Part shown: piece after piece, positions 1-8,824 of the stretch
Position numbering within the stretch: position 1 is the first letter of the stretch
How the letters are laid out: every line of letters starts with the position of its first letter
Assembly (NCBI GenBank): GCA_947085535.1
Contig: CAMTWV010000002.1
Location: forward strand, 94,199-158,198
Source of the DNA: an uncultured Actinomycetes bacterium
Lineage (GTDB): Bacteria; Actinomycetota; Aquicultoria; Subteraquimicrobiales; CAMTWV01
Direction of reading: 5' to 3'
DNA: 64,000 nt
Translations under genes and position numbers: made by a program
Notes under the pieces: generated by a model
The model's input: the letters and a program-made list of their open reading frames with translations, nothing else
The model's database searches: none
Told to the model about the DNA's origin: nothing

Positions 1-86
1 GTTGCAACTGTTTCACGCACTTCAAGCTCAAAAGGATTAAATTCGGATTTGTATTCGACTTGTCTTTTCTGCACACGCCATGTCAT
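1..86 (-). CDS. 5' end of an unidentified protein-coding gene (partial, continues beyond window start)
   Basis: ATG at 84-86 on minus strand with AAGGAG about 9 nt upstream. Translation MTWRVQKRQVEYKSEFNPFELEVRETVAT. Absent from ORF track because truncated by the window edge. Confidence 0.35.
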   Translation of the reverse strand, partial: MTWRVQKRQVEYKSEFNPFELEVRETVA

Positions 87-316
87 TCTGAATACTGCTC
101 CTTAGCTTTTTGGATTTATTATAAACTACAACTGTAAGCTAGTTTATCAAACGTTTGTTCGGAAAACAAGGATTATTTTTTGAGGTTAGTATGGCAAGCC
201 ACAATCTTAAAGATTCAACAAAATGTGGTTTTGTCCTCTGTGGTCGATAGTTGGAAGTCGGGAGCATAATTAACTTCCAGCCATCAGCTAATTCAGGGAT
301 AAGGGATGAGTCTCTA

Positions 317-405
317 GTCTAAAGGGATATTAAAGGGTTTTTCCCTCCAGATTCCTCCCTCTTCGCTAATCCCTCTCCCATAAGCCATAAGCCATAAGCT
401 ATCAG
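317..405 (+). repeat. Copy A of a pyrimidine-rich interspersed intergenic repeat (about 70 nt core), followed by 3 x CCATAAG tandem 7-mers (379-399) and a TATCAGC motif
   Basis: gtctaaagggatattaaagggtttttccctccagattcctccctcttcgctaatccctctcccataagc is about 90% identical by eye to the reverse complement of 39781-39867 and partly to 8767-8815. Confidence 0.7.
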
Positions 406-414
406 CTCTCTGCT

Positions 415-726
415 TTACTTCATTTTTTCAATTTTAATTACTTCAATGGGTGTTCCCCACATATGGTACGTAGCAACATCTTTGCGTGTTTTTGCTTCAA
501 AACGCACACGCATGCCCTCAACTTGGAATTTTTTATCTAAGTTAATTGGGTCATAGTGATTGCCGTCATCGGCTACTATGCCATAGAATCCACTCTCGAG
601 GTCAACAAACCGAACGGTACCTGTCATAGAAATAACGCCTTCTTTATCTGGTTCTTTATTGGCTTTCTGGCAGCCACAGATAAGTATCAAGGTTAAAATG
701 ATGATTAGCGGCGCAATTTTTCTCAT
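415..726 (-). CDS. small lipoprotein of unknown function
   Basis: N-terminal signal peptide MRKIAPLIIILTLILICGC with lipobox LICGC. 103 aa. No recognisable domain by eye. Confidence 0.55.
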   Translation of the reverse strand: MRKIAPLIIILTLILICGCQKANKEPDKEGVISMTGTVRFVDLESGFYGIVADDGNHYDPINLDKKFQVEGMRVRFEAKTRKDVATYHMWGTPIEVIKIEKMK

Positions 727-751
727 TTAAACCCTTTATTGGTTAGCATTC

Positions 752-1120
752 TTATTCGCATTCACCGTAGCCATCTTTTTCGTGGGTTTTTACCCATTTT
801 TTCTCGTGTTTAACCATACAGCGGCCGAATCGTGTCATTACTGATTTTACTTTGTCTTCTAATCCAACTTTTTTATCTCGACGGTCATCAATTTCAATGG
901 TGGTAATTACACGGAGGATGCCTTTTTTAAAAGGTGTTTCGTGAAGTTTTTGAGCAAGTGCAAATAAATCAGTCGGTTCCCCTTCGATAATTGTTCCCAT
1001 GTCTGTTAGTTTAAACTTTGCTTTTTCTTGCTCGAGGGTTTTTACCACTTCAGCGATGTAATCGCCAATGCTGGGGGTAAGAGTTCCAACTGGAACGACG
1101 CTTATTTCCATTAATGCCAT
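752..1120 (-). CDS. MTH1187/YkoF-family (DUF77) small protein. Probable start at MALMEISVV
   Basis: MEISVVPVG...IGDYIAEVV...TDMGTIIEGE core typical of the MTH1187/YkoF thiamine-binding-like fold. ORF track start 1162 is probably an N-terminal over-extension. Confidence 0.55.
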   Translation of the reverse strand: MALMEISVVPVGTLTPSIGDYIAEVVKTLEQEKAKFKLTDMGTIIEGEPTDLFALAQKLHETPFKKGILRVITTIEIDDRRDKKVGLEDKVKSVMTRFGRCMVKHEKKWVKTHEKDGYGECE

Positions 1121-1182
1121 CTTTCCCTCCTTTCTGTTGGTTAGGAGTCGAGAGTGTTCCAAATGAAAAAGTAAAAACGCTA

Positions 1183-1200
1183 TGTCTGCCGACAGGCAGG
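1183..1200. repeat. GC-rich palindrome TGTCTGCCGACAGGCAGG (short copy of the hairpin at 39873-39899)
   Basis: 18 of 19 nt identical to 39881-39899. Stem CTGCC/GGCAG. Lies in the AT-rich intergenic region between rodZ and the YkoF-like gene, followed by three spaced TATCAGC motifs (1280-1327). Confidence 0.5.
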
Positions 1201-1340
1201 AAAAATGTAAAATTATAATTAAAAACTAAGAGTGATTTTAAGGCTTTTAAAACATTTTAATCCTTTACCCTTTACCAATACCATCAGCTATCTGCCACCC
1301 GCTATCAGCCATCAACTATCAGCTGGCGACTGATTTTTCT

Positions 1341-2087
1341 TTACTCGGCTGTTATTGTGGCCTCAAAGGTCCCTCGGGCGAAAGGTATAATTAATGTATC
1401 GTTTAATTTAATCTCTAAACCAGGAGGATTGCCTGCAAATAAGTAAACAGATTCATCTGCTTCCCACTCTTTTTCATCTCCGGGATTAAGAGTTCCCTCA
1501 AAACTAAGATTACCATCAACTTTAACTCTCAACCAACATCGTTCAACCACTTTTATATTTAAGGTAAATTTAGCTGTTTGAGTCTCTTCTGCGGTTACTG
1601 TTGTTTCAGGAAATATTTCAGGCGGAACTGTGATTTCAGGAGTTTCTTTTGCCACTTCGGTTGGTTCTTCTGAGAGAAGCAATTCTTGGTCGATGGTCGG
1701 ACTGGATTTTCTTAATGCGTTAACGGCAATTGCTCCAATTATAATTAAAATAATTATGGCTACTACGATGTATATTTTTCGAGGTGGAGCAAATCTTCGG
1801 GTAAATTTTTCTTCTTTAGTTTCAGGCGGCTTAGCGGGAATTTCAATTTTATATGAAGTGCTTCGGGCTTTAAATTCACGAATTAGCGGTGCGGGGTCGA
1901 CTTCAAGAAATCGGCAATATGAACGGATAAAACCAATAACAAAAACATCTTCTGGCAAAACTTCGAAATTTTCTTTTTCCAACGCTTCAAGATATTTAAC
2001 CCTTATTTTTGTAGCTTTTTCCGCGTCTTTGAGGGTTTTGTTAAGTTTGCGTCGAGTTTCAAAGAGTGTGTCACCAATTAAACCCAT
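1341..2087 (-). CDS. rodZ: RodZ-like cytoskeleton protein (N-terminal XRE-type HTH, single TM segment, C-terminal DUF4115-like domain)
   Basis: N-terminal LNKTLKDAEKATKIRVKYLEALEKENFEVLP HTH. Hydrophobic IYIVVAIIILIIIGAIAV segment. Position next to ftsK. Confidence 0.7.
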   Translation of the reverse strand: MGLIGDTLFETRRKLNKTLKDAEKATKIRVKYLEALEKENFEVLPEDVFVIGFIRSYCRFLEVDPAPLIREFKARSTSYKIEIPAKPPETKEEKFTRRFAPPRKIYIVVAIIILIIIGAIAVNALRKSSPTIDQELLLSEEPTEVAKETPEITVPPEIFPETTVTAEETQTAKFTLNIKVVERCWLRVKVDGNLSFEGTLNPGDEKEWEADESVYLFAGNPPGLEIKLNDTLIIPFARGTFEATITAE

Positions 2088-2111
2088 AAACGCTCCCGAT
2101 TTTGTCTTTTT

Positions 2112-2185
2112 AAGATAATGCTATCTTATAATATAATTTTATTATTGGCTAATATTTTTTAATCGGGACTAATATTTTTTTAATC
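2112..2185. promoter_or_regulatory. rodZ upstream region: palindrome AAGATAATGCTATCTT (2112-2127) and two tandem copies of CTAATATTTTTT(T)AATC (2149-2164, 2169-2185)
   Basis: Read directly. 6-nt inverted arms AAGATA/TATCTT. The second tandem copy overlaps the ftsK stop codon. Confidence 0.3.
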
Positions 2186-4315
2186 AGGATTTTTTCTAAT
2201 CTGGTCAAGTTCGTCGGGTGTGATTAAAACTGCCCGAGGTTTGCTTCCCTCATATCCTCCAACAATGCCTCTTTCTTCCATCATATCAATTAAACGAGCA
2301 GCTCGAGAATATCCTATTCGCAATCTTCTTTGCAGCATAGACACAGACGCCATCCCGCTCCTAGCGACAATATCGACAGCATCGTCGAATAGTTTATCTT
2401 CGAAAAGGTCTGCTCCATATTTAGCTTTGCCTGCTCTTAATATTTCTTCATTGTAATGGGGTTTTGCCTGTTTTTTGATAAAGCTTGTAATTAGTTCTGT
2501 TTCTTGCTCGGTAACAAAGGCACCCTGAACCCGCCGCGGTTTAGTTAAACTAGCAGTGGCAAACAGCATATCCCCCTTCCCTACTAATTTCTCTGCTCCA
2601 GCCATATCGAGGATAACTCTTGAATCTGTTTGAGAAGACACAGCGAAAGCAATGCGGGTTGTTATGTTTGCTTTAATAAGTCCAGTGATAATATCTACAG
2701 AGGGTCTCTGAGTAGCAACGACAAGATGAATACCGACGGCCCTTGCCATTTGAGCAATGCGACAAATTGAATCTTCTACTTCATTTGGCGCTGCCATCAT
2801 TAAATCGGCTAATTCGTCAATTACAACCACAACGTAAGGCATAAAAGAATCTTCGCCTCTTGCTTTAAGAGTCGCATTATAAGAATCAATGTTTCTGACA
2901 CCTGCTTCTGAGAGAGTCTCGAAACGGCCTTCCATTTCTCCCACTAACCAGGTTAAGATGGTTGCGGATTGTTTTGGATGAGTTGCCACAGGCGTTAAAA
3001 GATGAGGTATGTGGTTATAAAGATTAAGCTCGATACGTTTTGGGTCGATGAGAATAAGTTTTACTTCGTCGGGTCGAGCACGAGTAAGAATTGAAACAAG
3101 CAAACTGTTTAAACAAATGCTTTTACCTGAACCAGTGGCTCCAGCAATTAAAAGATGGGGCATATCTCCTAAATCAGCTAACACTGGTTGACCAGCAATA
3201 TCTTTTCCTATGCCGATGGTTAAAAGGGAGCGATTTTGTGTCTCGGGGGCATTTAATATATCTCCTATGGTAACTAATTCTCGATACTGGTTGGGAACCT
3301 CAATGCCCACGGCTGATTTTCCAGGGATAGGAGCAAGTATGCGCACATCAGCGGTGGCTAAAGCTAAAGCAATATCGTCTGACAAGCTTAAGATTCGATT
3401 AACTTTAACGCCAGAAGCAAGCTGAATTTCATATCTGGTTACGGTGGGTCCTTTGATTACCCGACTAACTGCAGCATCAACATCGAAATTTCTTAAGGTT
3501 CTTTCGAGAATAGCCACATTTTCTTTAACATCTTTTTTGGCAGCGGACACCGTTGATTTTGGCATAGTTTTTAAGAGCGAAAGAGGTGGAAGTTGATAGG
3601 TCTCTTTTAAAGAAGGTTCGACTTCCATTATCTGAAGCTGGGTTGTTTTTCTTAGAGATTCTTCACCCGGGTAAGGGATTTGCTCAAGTCTTTCAATTGG
3701 TTCGAGAGGAGCTTCCTCGATTATCAGGGGGCGTCCTCCTTTTTCTTCGTAAAGCTCGTCTCTTGTGAAGACAGGCATTTTCTTTGCTTTAAGACCTTTT
3801 AATTTCCCATAAAGTTTAGCAAGTGTTTTTGATGGAGAAATTGTGGTAGAGATAATGACGCCAATTGTGAAAGTCGCCAATAGAACAATGTAGACTCCTT
3901 TTTTAATCAATATGCCGAGTATGTAAGCAAAAAGAGCCCCAACAAGCCCACCATAAGCGTTTATTAAGTCGGGTTCAAAGGCGCGAGAAATAGAAATGTT
4001 CTGGTAATCAAGGGCAATGAAGTGAATTAAAGAAATTAAGCTCACAAAAGAAATTAATAACCCGAGGCCAACTGATTTTCCATCAAGAGTGGTTTTGCGT
4101 CTCATGAAAGCAATTCCCCAGCCTGCTATAAGAAGAGGAACTAAAAATCTACCTACCCCGATTAAAACTCGTAATATTTTTGTGGTGTAAGCTCCAATAA
4201 ACCCTGTAGCGTTACTGAAAATAAAAAGAGCCAGCAAAAGACCTATGGAAATTAAGGCAATGCCGTAAACTTCATCTAAGTATTCTTTTCTTTTGTTTAC
4301 TTTATTCCTGCTCAT
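2180..4315 (-). CDS. ftsK: DNA translocase FtsK/SpoIIIE
   Basis: N-terminal multi-TM region, Walker A GATGSGKS, FtsK alpha/beta and C-terminal gamma (winged-helix) region. 711 aa. Confidence 0.9.
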   Translation of the reverse strand: MSRNKVNKRKEYLDEVYGIALISIGLLLALFIFSNATGFIGAYTTKILRVLIGVGRFLVPLLIAGWGIAFMRRKTTLDGKSVGLGLLISFVSLISLIHFIALDYQNISISRAFEPDLINAYGGLVGALFAYILGILIKKGVYIVLLATFTIGVIISTTISPSKTLAKLYGKLKGLKAKKMPVFTRDELYEEKGGRPLIIEEAPLEPIERLEQIPYPGEESLRKTTQLQIMEVEPSLKETYQLPPLSLLKTMPKSTVSAAKKDVKENVAILERTLRNFDVDAAVSRVIKGPTVTRYEIQLASGVKVNRILSLSDDIALALATADVRILAPIPGKSAVGIEVPNQYRELVTIGDILNAPETQNRSLLTIGIGKDIAGQPVLADLGDMPHLLIAGATGSGKSICLNSLLVSILTRARPDEVKLILIDPKRIELNLYNHIPHLLTPVATHPKQSATILTWLVGEMEGRFETLSEAGVRNIDSYNATLKARGEDSFMPYVVVVIDELADLMMAAPNEVEDSICRIAQMARAVGIHLVVATQRPSVDIITGLIKANITTRIAFAVSSQTDSRVILDMAGAEKLVGKGDMLFATASLTKPRRVQGAFVTEQETELITSFIKKQAKPHYNEEILRAGKAKYGADLFEDKLFDDAVDIVARSGMASVSMLQRRLRIGYSRAARLIDMMEERGIVGGYEGSKPRAVLITPDELDQIRKNPD

Positions 4316-4318
4316 AGC

Positions 4319-5134
4319 TTACCTCGGATAAGTTAAAATCATTGAGATTATGCCAATAGCAAAACAATAATAAGCAAAAATATTTAACTTGCCTTTTTGA
4401 AGAAATTTTAGCAAGTATTTAATGCATAGGTAACCACTGATAAATGCGGCAACAAAACCGAAAAAATAATTTATTAAAAGGGCTGTGTTGGTTTGGCTTA
4501 ACAAAATAAGGTCTTTTGTTTTATTTGCAGTCGCAGCAAAAATTATGGGGATGCTTAGCAAAAATGAATAACGAGCTGCCACTTCTCGTTTAAAACCCCT
4601 CAGAAGTCCACAAGAAATGGTGACTCCTGACCTTGAAATTCCAGGAGCGATGGCTAAACCTTGAGCAAAACCAATAATTAAACTATCAGTGAGATTAATT
4701 TTATTTAAAGCTCTATTTTTTGATGACATTCTTTCGCTACTCCATAATATAGCACCAGTGACAATTAAAAAACAGCTTACATAGAAAGGCAGCTCAAATA
4801 AGTTTTCAAAGAAATCTTTAAAAAGTAGAGCCATAACAACAGCAGGAAGTGTGCCAATAATAATTAGCCAGGCTAATTTCCGCTCAAAGTCTTTTTGAAT
4901 ATCTCTTTCTTTAATGCTTGCCAGAAAAGCGTTTAAAAGCTGTATGACTTCGGAACGGAAGTAAACAAGAAGGGCTAAAAGTGTTCCAGCGTGCAATAGG
5001 ACATCAAAGACAACGGATGGTTGTTTCCAGCCGAGCAGGTACGGCAATAGAACTAAATGACCGCTACTGCTAACTGGAACAAATTCTGTTGTTCCTTGAA
5101 CGATTCCTAAGATAACTGCTTGAATCAAACTCAT
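4319..5134 (-). CDS. uppP: undecaprenyl-diphosphatase UppP (BacA)
   Basis: MSLIQAVILGIVQGTTEFVPVSSSGH N-terminus and polytopic membrane profile typical of UppP. Confidence 0.9.
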   Translation of the reverse strand: MSLIQAVILGIVQGTTEFVPVSSSGHLVLLPYLLGWKQPSVVFDVLLHAGTLLALLVYFRSEVIQLLNAFLASIKERDIQKDFERKLAWLIIIGTLPAVVMALLFKDFFENLFELPFYVSCFLIVTGAILWSSERMSSKNRALNKINLTDSLIIGFAQGLAIAPGISRSGVTISCGLLRGFKREVAARYSFLLSIPIIFAATANKTKDLILLSQTNTALLINYFFGFVAAFISGYLCIKYLLKFLQKGKLNIFAYYCFAIGIISMILTYPR

Positions 5135-5148
5135 TTAAACTCCTTAAG

Positions 5149-6816
5149 TTAAACCTCGATAACGATAGGCATAATCATGGGTCTTCTGCCTGTTTGCTCA
5201 TAAAGAAAACGACTTAAACTGCTTCTGATGTCATTTTTAAGAGCGCTAATGTCTGTTATTTCTTTAGCTCTTGTATCGGACAGGACTTTTTCAATTAAAT
5301 CTTTCGCTTCGTTCATAAGTTTGGTTGATTCTTTGACATATACGAAGCCCCGAGAGGTTAAATCAGGTCCAGCGACTATTTCTCCTGTATTTTCGTTTAT
5401 GCCCACGATAACAATAAAAGCACCGTCAGTTGAAAGTTGTTGTCTGTCGCGCAAAACTACATTGCCAATATCTCCCACTCCAAGTCCGTCAACATAAATG
5501 ACGCCCGCTGGTATACGGCAAGCAATACGAACTTTGGAATCAGTAAATTCAATAACATCACCGTTGCTTACTAATATTATGTTGCGCTTTGGCAACCCTG
5601 CCTCAAGAGCTAAATCGGTATGATGTTTAAGGTGACGATATTCTCCATGGATAGGAATAAAATATTTTGGATTGACGGAATTTATCATAATTTTAAGTTC
5701 TTCCTGAGTTGCGTGGCCTGAAACGTGAACAGGCGAAATTGCCTCATAATAAACCTCAGCTTTAAGTTTATATAATCTGTCGATAGTTCTTGCCACTGAT
5801 TTTTCATTACCGGGGACAGGGCGAGCCGAAATTATTATCATGTCTCCAGGTTGAACATCAATATGTTTATGTTCACGAGAAGCTATGCGGACAAGAGCAG
5901 AGAGCGGTTCACCCTGGCTTCCCGTACAAAGAATAGCCACTTCTTCTCGTTTAAATTTATTTAACTCACTTATGTCTATAAGCGTATCAGCGGGGATTTT
6001 TAAATAACCCAATCTCTGACTAATTTCAATATTTGTGCTCATTGTTCTGCCTGCTATAGCAATTTTACGTCGAGTTTGATGGGCAACATCAATTATTTCC
6101 TGAATACGGTGAATATGAGAAGCAAAACAGGCGACAATAACACGCTTCCGAGCTTTTTTAAACAGTTTTTTTAAAGTTTCTCCGACTACCCGTTCCGAAT
6201 GACTATAACCCTGAGTTTCTGCATTCGTGCTGTCTGAAAAAAGAGCTAAAACATTTTTCTCTTTAAAGGAAGAAAATTTATTAAGTTCAGTTGGTTTTCC
6301 ATCGACAGGGGTCTGATCGAGCTTAAAATCTCCTGTGTGGATTAAGATGCCGAGAGGAGTGCGGATAGCCAATCCTACTCCATCGGGGATACTGTGGCAC
6401 ACTCTCATAAATTCTATTGTAAAAACACCTATTTTAATAGGTTTAAGTGGGTTAATAACATTTAGCTTAACATTATCGAGGTTGTGCTCTTCAAGTTTTG
6501 ATTCAACCAGTCCCATGGTAAGTTTTGTTCCATAAACAGGGACATTAAGTTGTTTTAATAAATAAGGAAGAGCGCCTACATGGTCTTCATGTCCGTGAGT
6601 TAGAATGATTGCTTTAAAGCGGCGCTTGTTTTTAATCAGGTAGGAAAAATTAGGTAAGACTAAATCAATGCCAAGCATTTCTTCCTCAGGAAACATCAAA
6701 CCAGCGTCAATCGCAATAATATCTGCTCCGTATTCGATTACCATCATATTTTTGCCAATTTCGCCCAATCCCCCGAGGGGAATTACTCTCAGTTTAGTTT
6801 TTCTTTTTTTATCCAT
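5149..6816 (-). CDS. rnj: ribonuclease J (metallo-beta-lactamase/beta-CASP RNase)
   Basis: HGHEDHVGALP motif, beta-CASP and C-terminal domain. 555 aa. Follows dapA as in Bacillus. Confidence 0.9.
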   Translation of the reverse strand: MDKKRKTKLRVIPLGGLGEIGKNMMVIEYGADIIAIDAGLMFPEEEMLGIDLVLPNFSYLIKNKRRFKAIILTHGHEDHVGALPYLLKQLNVPVYGTKLTMGLVESKLEEHNLDNVKLNVINPLKPIKIGVFTIEFMRVCHSIPDGVGLAIRTPLGILIHTGDFKLDQTPVDGKPTELNKFSSFKEKNVLALFSDSTNAETQGYSHSERVVGETLKKLFKKARKRVIVACFASHIHRIQEIIDVAHQTRRKIAIAGRTMSTNIEISQRLGYLKIPADTLIDISELNKFKREEVAILCTGSQGEPLSALVRIASREHKHIDVQPGDMIIISARPVPGNEKSVARTIDRLYKLKAEVYYEAISPVHVSGHATQEELKIMINSVNPKYFIPIHGEYRHLKHHTDLALEAGLPKRNIILVSNGDVIEFTDSKVRIACRIPAGVIYVDGLGVGDIGNVVLRDRQQLSTDGAFIVIVGINENTGEIVAGPDLTSRGFVYVKESTKLMNEAKDLIEKVLSDTRAKEITDISALKNDIRSSLSRFLYEQTGRRPMIMPIVIEV

Positions 6817-6849
6817 CTTTATTTCCTGCTGTGTCGATTGGTGCGATTT

Positions 6850-7731
6850 TTAGAGTACTCCTACTTCTTCCATTACTTTCTTGAGCTTATTAATTTGTTC
6901 TTCTGTTGCGCTGATAAGAGGTAATCTTAAACCACCAACGTTTAAGCCCTTTAAATTTACTGCTGCTTTAACCATAATTGGATTTGTGGTCATAAATAAA
7001 GCTTTAAATAAAGACATCAATTTTAGATGTAAATCTTTTGCTTTTGAAACATTGCCGTCCTTATATCCTTTTATCATTTCCGCAATCTCTTTTCCTGCAA
7101 CATGGCTGGCAACACTAATTACGCCTGTTCCACCCAGAGCAAGTATGGACAAAGTCATACTGTCGTCTCCACTGTAAATTAAGAAATCATCGTCTGTTTC
7201 CTTAGAAATTTTAGCAATTTGTTCGAAATTTCCACTTGCCTCTTTAACTGCCACAATGTTTTTGATGGCAGATAGCCTAATAATTGTTTCTGCTTCGATA
7301 TTACAGGCGGTTCTTGATGGAACATTGTAAACAATCACAGGAAGAGAGGTATTTTCTGCAATAGCTTTAAAGTGCCTAAATAAACCTTCCTGTGGTGGCT
7401 TGTTATAGTATGGACCTACCAGCATACAGCCATCAATTCCCGTTTTTTCGGCTTTTTTAGTAAGTTCTATGCTTTCGTTTGTGCAATAGTTTCCTGTTCC
7501 GCCAATAACAATGGCTTTGTTGCCCACAGTATCTTTGACGGTTTTAAAGAGATTAAGTTTTTCTTCCGAGGTTAAGGTGGGAGATTCACCTGTTGTACCT
7601 GAGATTACTAATCCGTCAGAACCATTCTCGATAAGGTAAAGGGCAAGTTCCTGAGCTTTTTCGTAATCAACACTTAGATTATCTTTAAAAGGAGTAACCA
7701 TTGCAGTTAAAACATTGCCAAAATTAATCAT
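6850..7731 (-). CDS. dapA: 4-hydroxy-tetrahydrodipicolinate synthase
   Basis: MINFGNVLTAMVTPF...GTTGES N-terminus typical of DapA. 293 aa. Confidence 0.9.
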   Translation of the reverse strand: MINFGNVLTAMVTPFKDNLSVDYEKAQELALYLIENGSDGLVISGTTGESPTLTSEEKLNLFKTVKDTVGNKAIVIGGTGNYCTNESIELTKKAEKTGIDGCMLVGPYYNKPPQEGLFRHFKAIAENTSLPVIVYNVPSRTACNIEAETIIRLSAIKNIVAVKEASGNFEQIAKISKETDDDFLIYSGDDSMTLSILALGGTGVISVASHVAGKEIAEMIKGYKDGNVSKAKDLHLKLMSLFKALFMTTNPIMVKAAVNLKGLNVGGLRLPLISATEEQINKLKKVMEEVGVL

Positions 7732-7764
7732 TCAAATTCCTCCTGACTAAATTATCAAATTTGA

Positions 7765-8499
7765 CTATATGCCGAGGAGTTGCTCTAAACCATAGGTTAG
7801 TCCTGGTCTCTGTCCTACATTTTTGATTGCCATTATAACACCGGGCATAAAGGAAGTTCGATCGATTGAGTCGTGTCTGATGGTTAGGGTTTGCCCTGTT
7901 CCGCCAAAAATTACTTCTTGGTGGGCAACTAATCCAGGCAGTCTAACACTGTGAATCGGGATATTTGGGTTATTTGTGATTCTCGAGATGCCCTGCGCAG
8001 TTTTTAAAGCGGTTCCTGACGGGGCATCTACTTTTTGCTTATGATGAAGTTCGATTATTTCCACATCGGGCAAGAAACGAGCAGCTATTTCTGATAGTTT
8101 CATCATAAGTACAGCACCAACAGCAAAATTAGGAGCAATAAAAGCATTTACCCCTTTTTTTTCGCACAGAGATTTAACTTCGAATAAATTATCCTCTGTG
8201 ATGCCTGTGGTTCCAATGACTGTGTGTACCCTGGCATTTAATGTTTTTCTGATATTATTCATTACCGCTCCAGGATGAGTAAAATCGACCACAACATCAG
8301 GTTGAGAAGACTTAATGGTTTCCTCTAAGTTATTCTGGATTAAAACACCTATTTTCCCTAACCCGATAAGTTCACCTATGTCGGTGTTAACCATTGATAT
8401 ATCTACTGCTCCAACCAGCGAAAGTTCTTGGTCAACCAGAACAGCCCGACAGACTTCTCGTCCCATTTTCCCGGCAGCGCCTGAAACTAACACGCGCAT
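7765..8499 (-). CDS. dapB: 4-hydroxy-tetrahydrodipicolinate reductase
   Basis: MRVLVSGAAGKMG Rossmann start and DapB C-terminal domain. SD AAGGAGG upstream. Confidence 0.9.
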   Translation of the reverse strand: MRVLVSGAAGKMGREVCRAVLVDQELSLVGAVDISMVNTDIGELIGLGKIGVLIQNNLEETIKSSQPDVVVDFTHPGAVMNNIRKTLNARVHTVIGTTGITEDNLFEVKSLCEKKGVNAFIAPNFAVGAVLMMKLSEIAARFLPDVEIIELHHKQKVDAPSGTALKTAQGISRITNNPNIPIHSVRLPGLVAHQEVIFGGTGQTLTIRHDSIDRTSFMPGVIMAIKNVGQRPGLTYGLEQLLGI

Positions 8500-8534
8500 C
8501 GTTCTTCACCTCCTTAAAATTCAGACTATAGACA

Positions 8535-8597
8535 TCTGACACCTGCCCGCCATTGGCTATCGCCTTCAGGCGTAGGCAGGCGGGTCAGGTGGTCTGA
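8535..8597 (-). ncRNA. GC-rich nested hairpin in the dapB 5' leader (candidate regulatory RNA structure / REP-like element)
   Basis: Minus-strand RNA: GACCACCUGACCCGCCUGCC...CGCCUGAAGGCG...GGCGGGCAGGUGUC. Long imperfect outer stem enclosing a CGCC-UGAA-GGCG hairpin. About 25 nt upstream of the dapB SD. Confidence 0.4.
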
Positions 8598-8766
8598 GAT
8601 TAATTAAGATTTAGAATAAGGTTGAGTTTAAGATTAAAGTTAAGTCATTGCTAAGTTTTAAGACCTTTATTAGCTTATTCAAATCTTTACATAAGAAACA
8701 AAGTATTACATCAATATTTTCTTTGTCTTGACTGCTTAACCTTAATCTCTATTAATCTCTACTTAA

Positions 8767-8815
8767 TTTCCCTCTAGACTCCTCCCTCTTCACTAATCCC
8801 TTTACTATCAGCCAC
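8767..8815 (+). repeat. Partial copy C of the pyrimidine-rich interspersed repeat
   Basis: tttccctctagactcctccctcttcactaatccctttactatcagccac matches the core of 330-378 with about 3 mismatches. Confidence 0.6.
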
Positions 8816-8824
8816 TTTTGACTT

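Noticed and set aside
379-399. CRISPR array candidate (3 x CCATAAG; also the 2 x 14-nt repeat at 12641-12668)
   Set aside because: Repeats are 7-14 nt with no spacers. No cas genes anywhere in the window. These are simple tandem repeats or operator sites, not CRISPR.
1630-2118. 162-aa plus-strand ORF
   Set aside because: Antisense to rodZ. Overlaps its promoter-proximal conserved HTH region.
8500-8824. Lysine riboswitch (L-box) upstream of dapB
   Set aside because: Expected from gene context, but I cannot identify the conserved L-box sequence blocks by eye, and the hairpin is too short (about 60 nt) for a complete L-box. Reported instead as an unclassified structured element.
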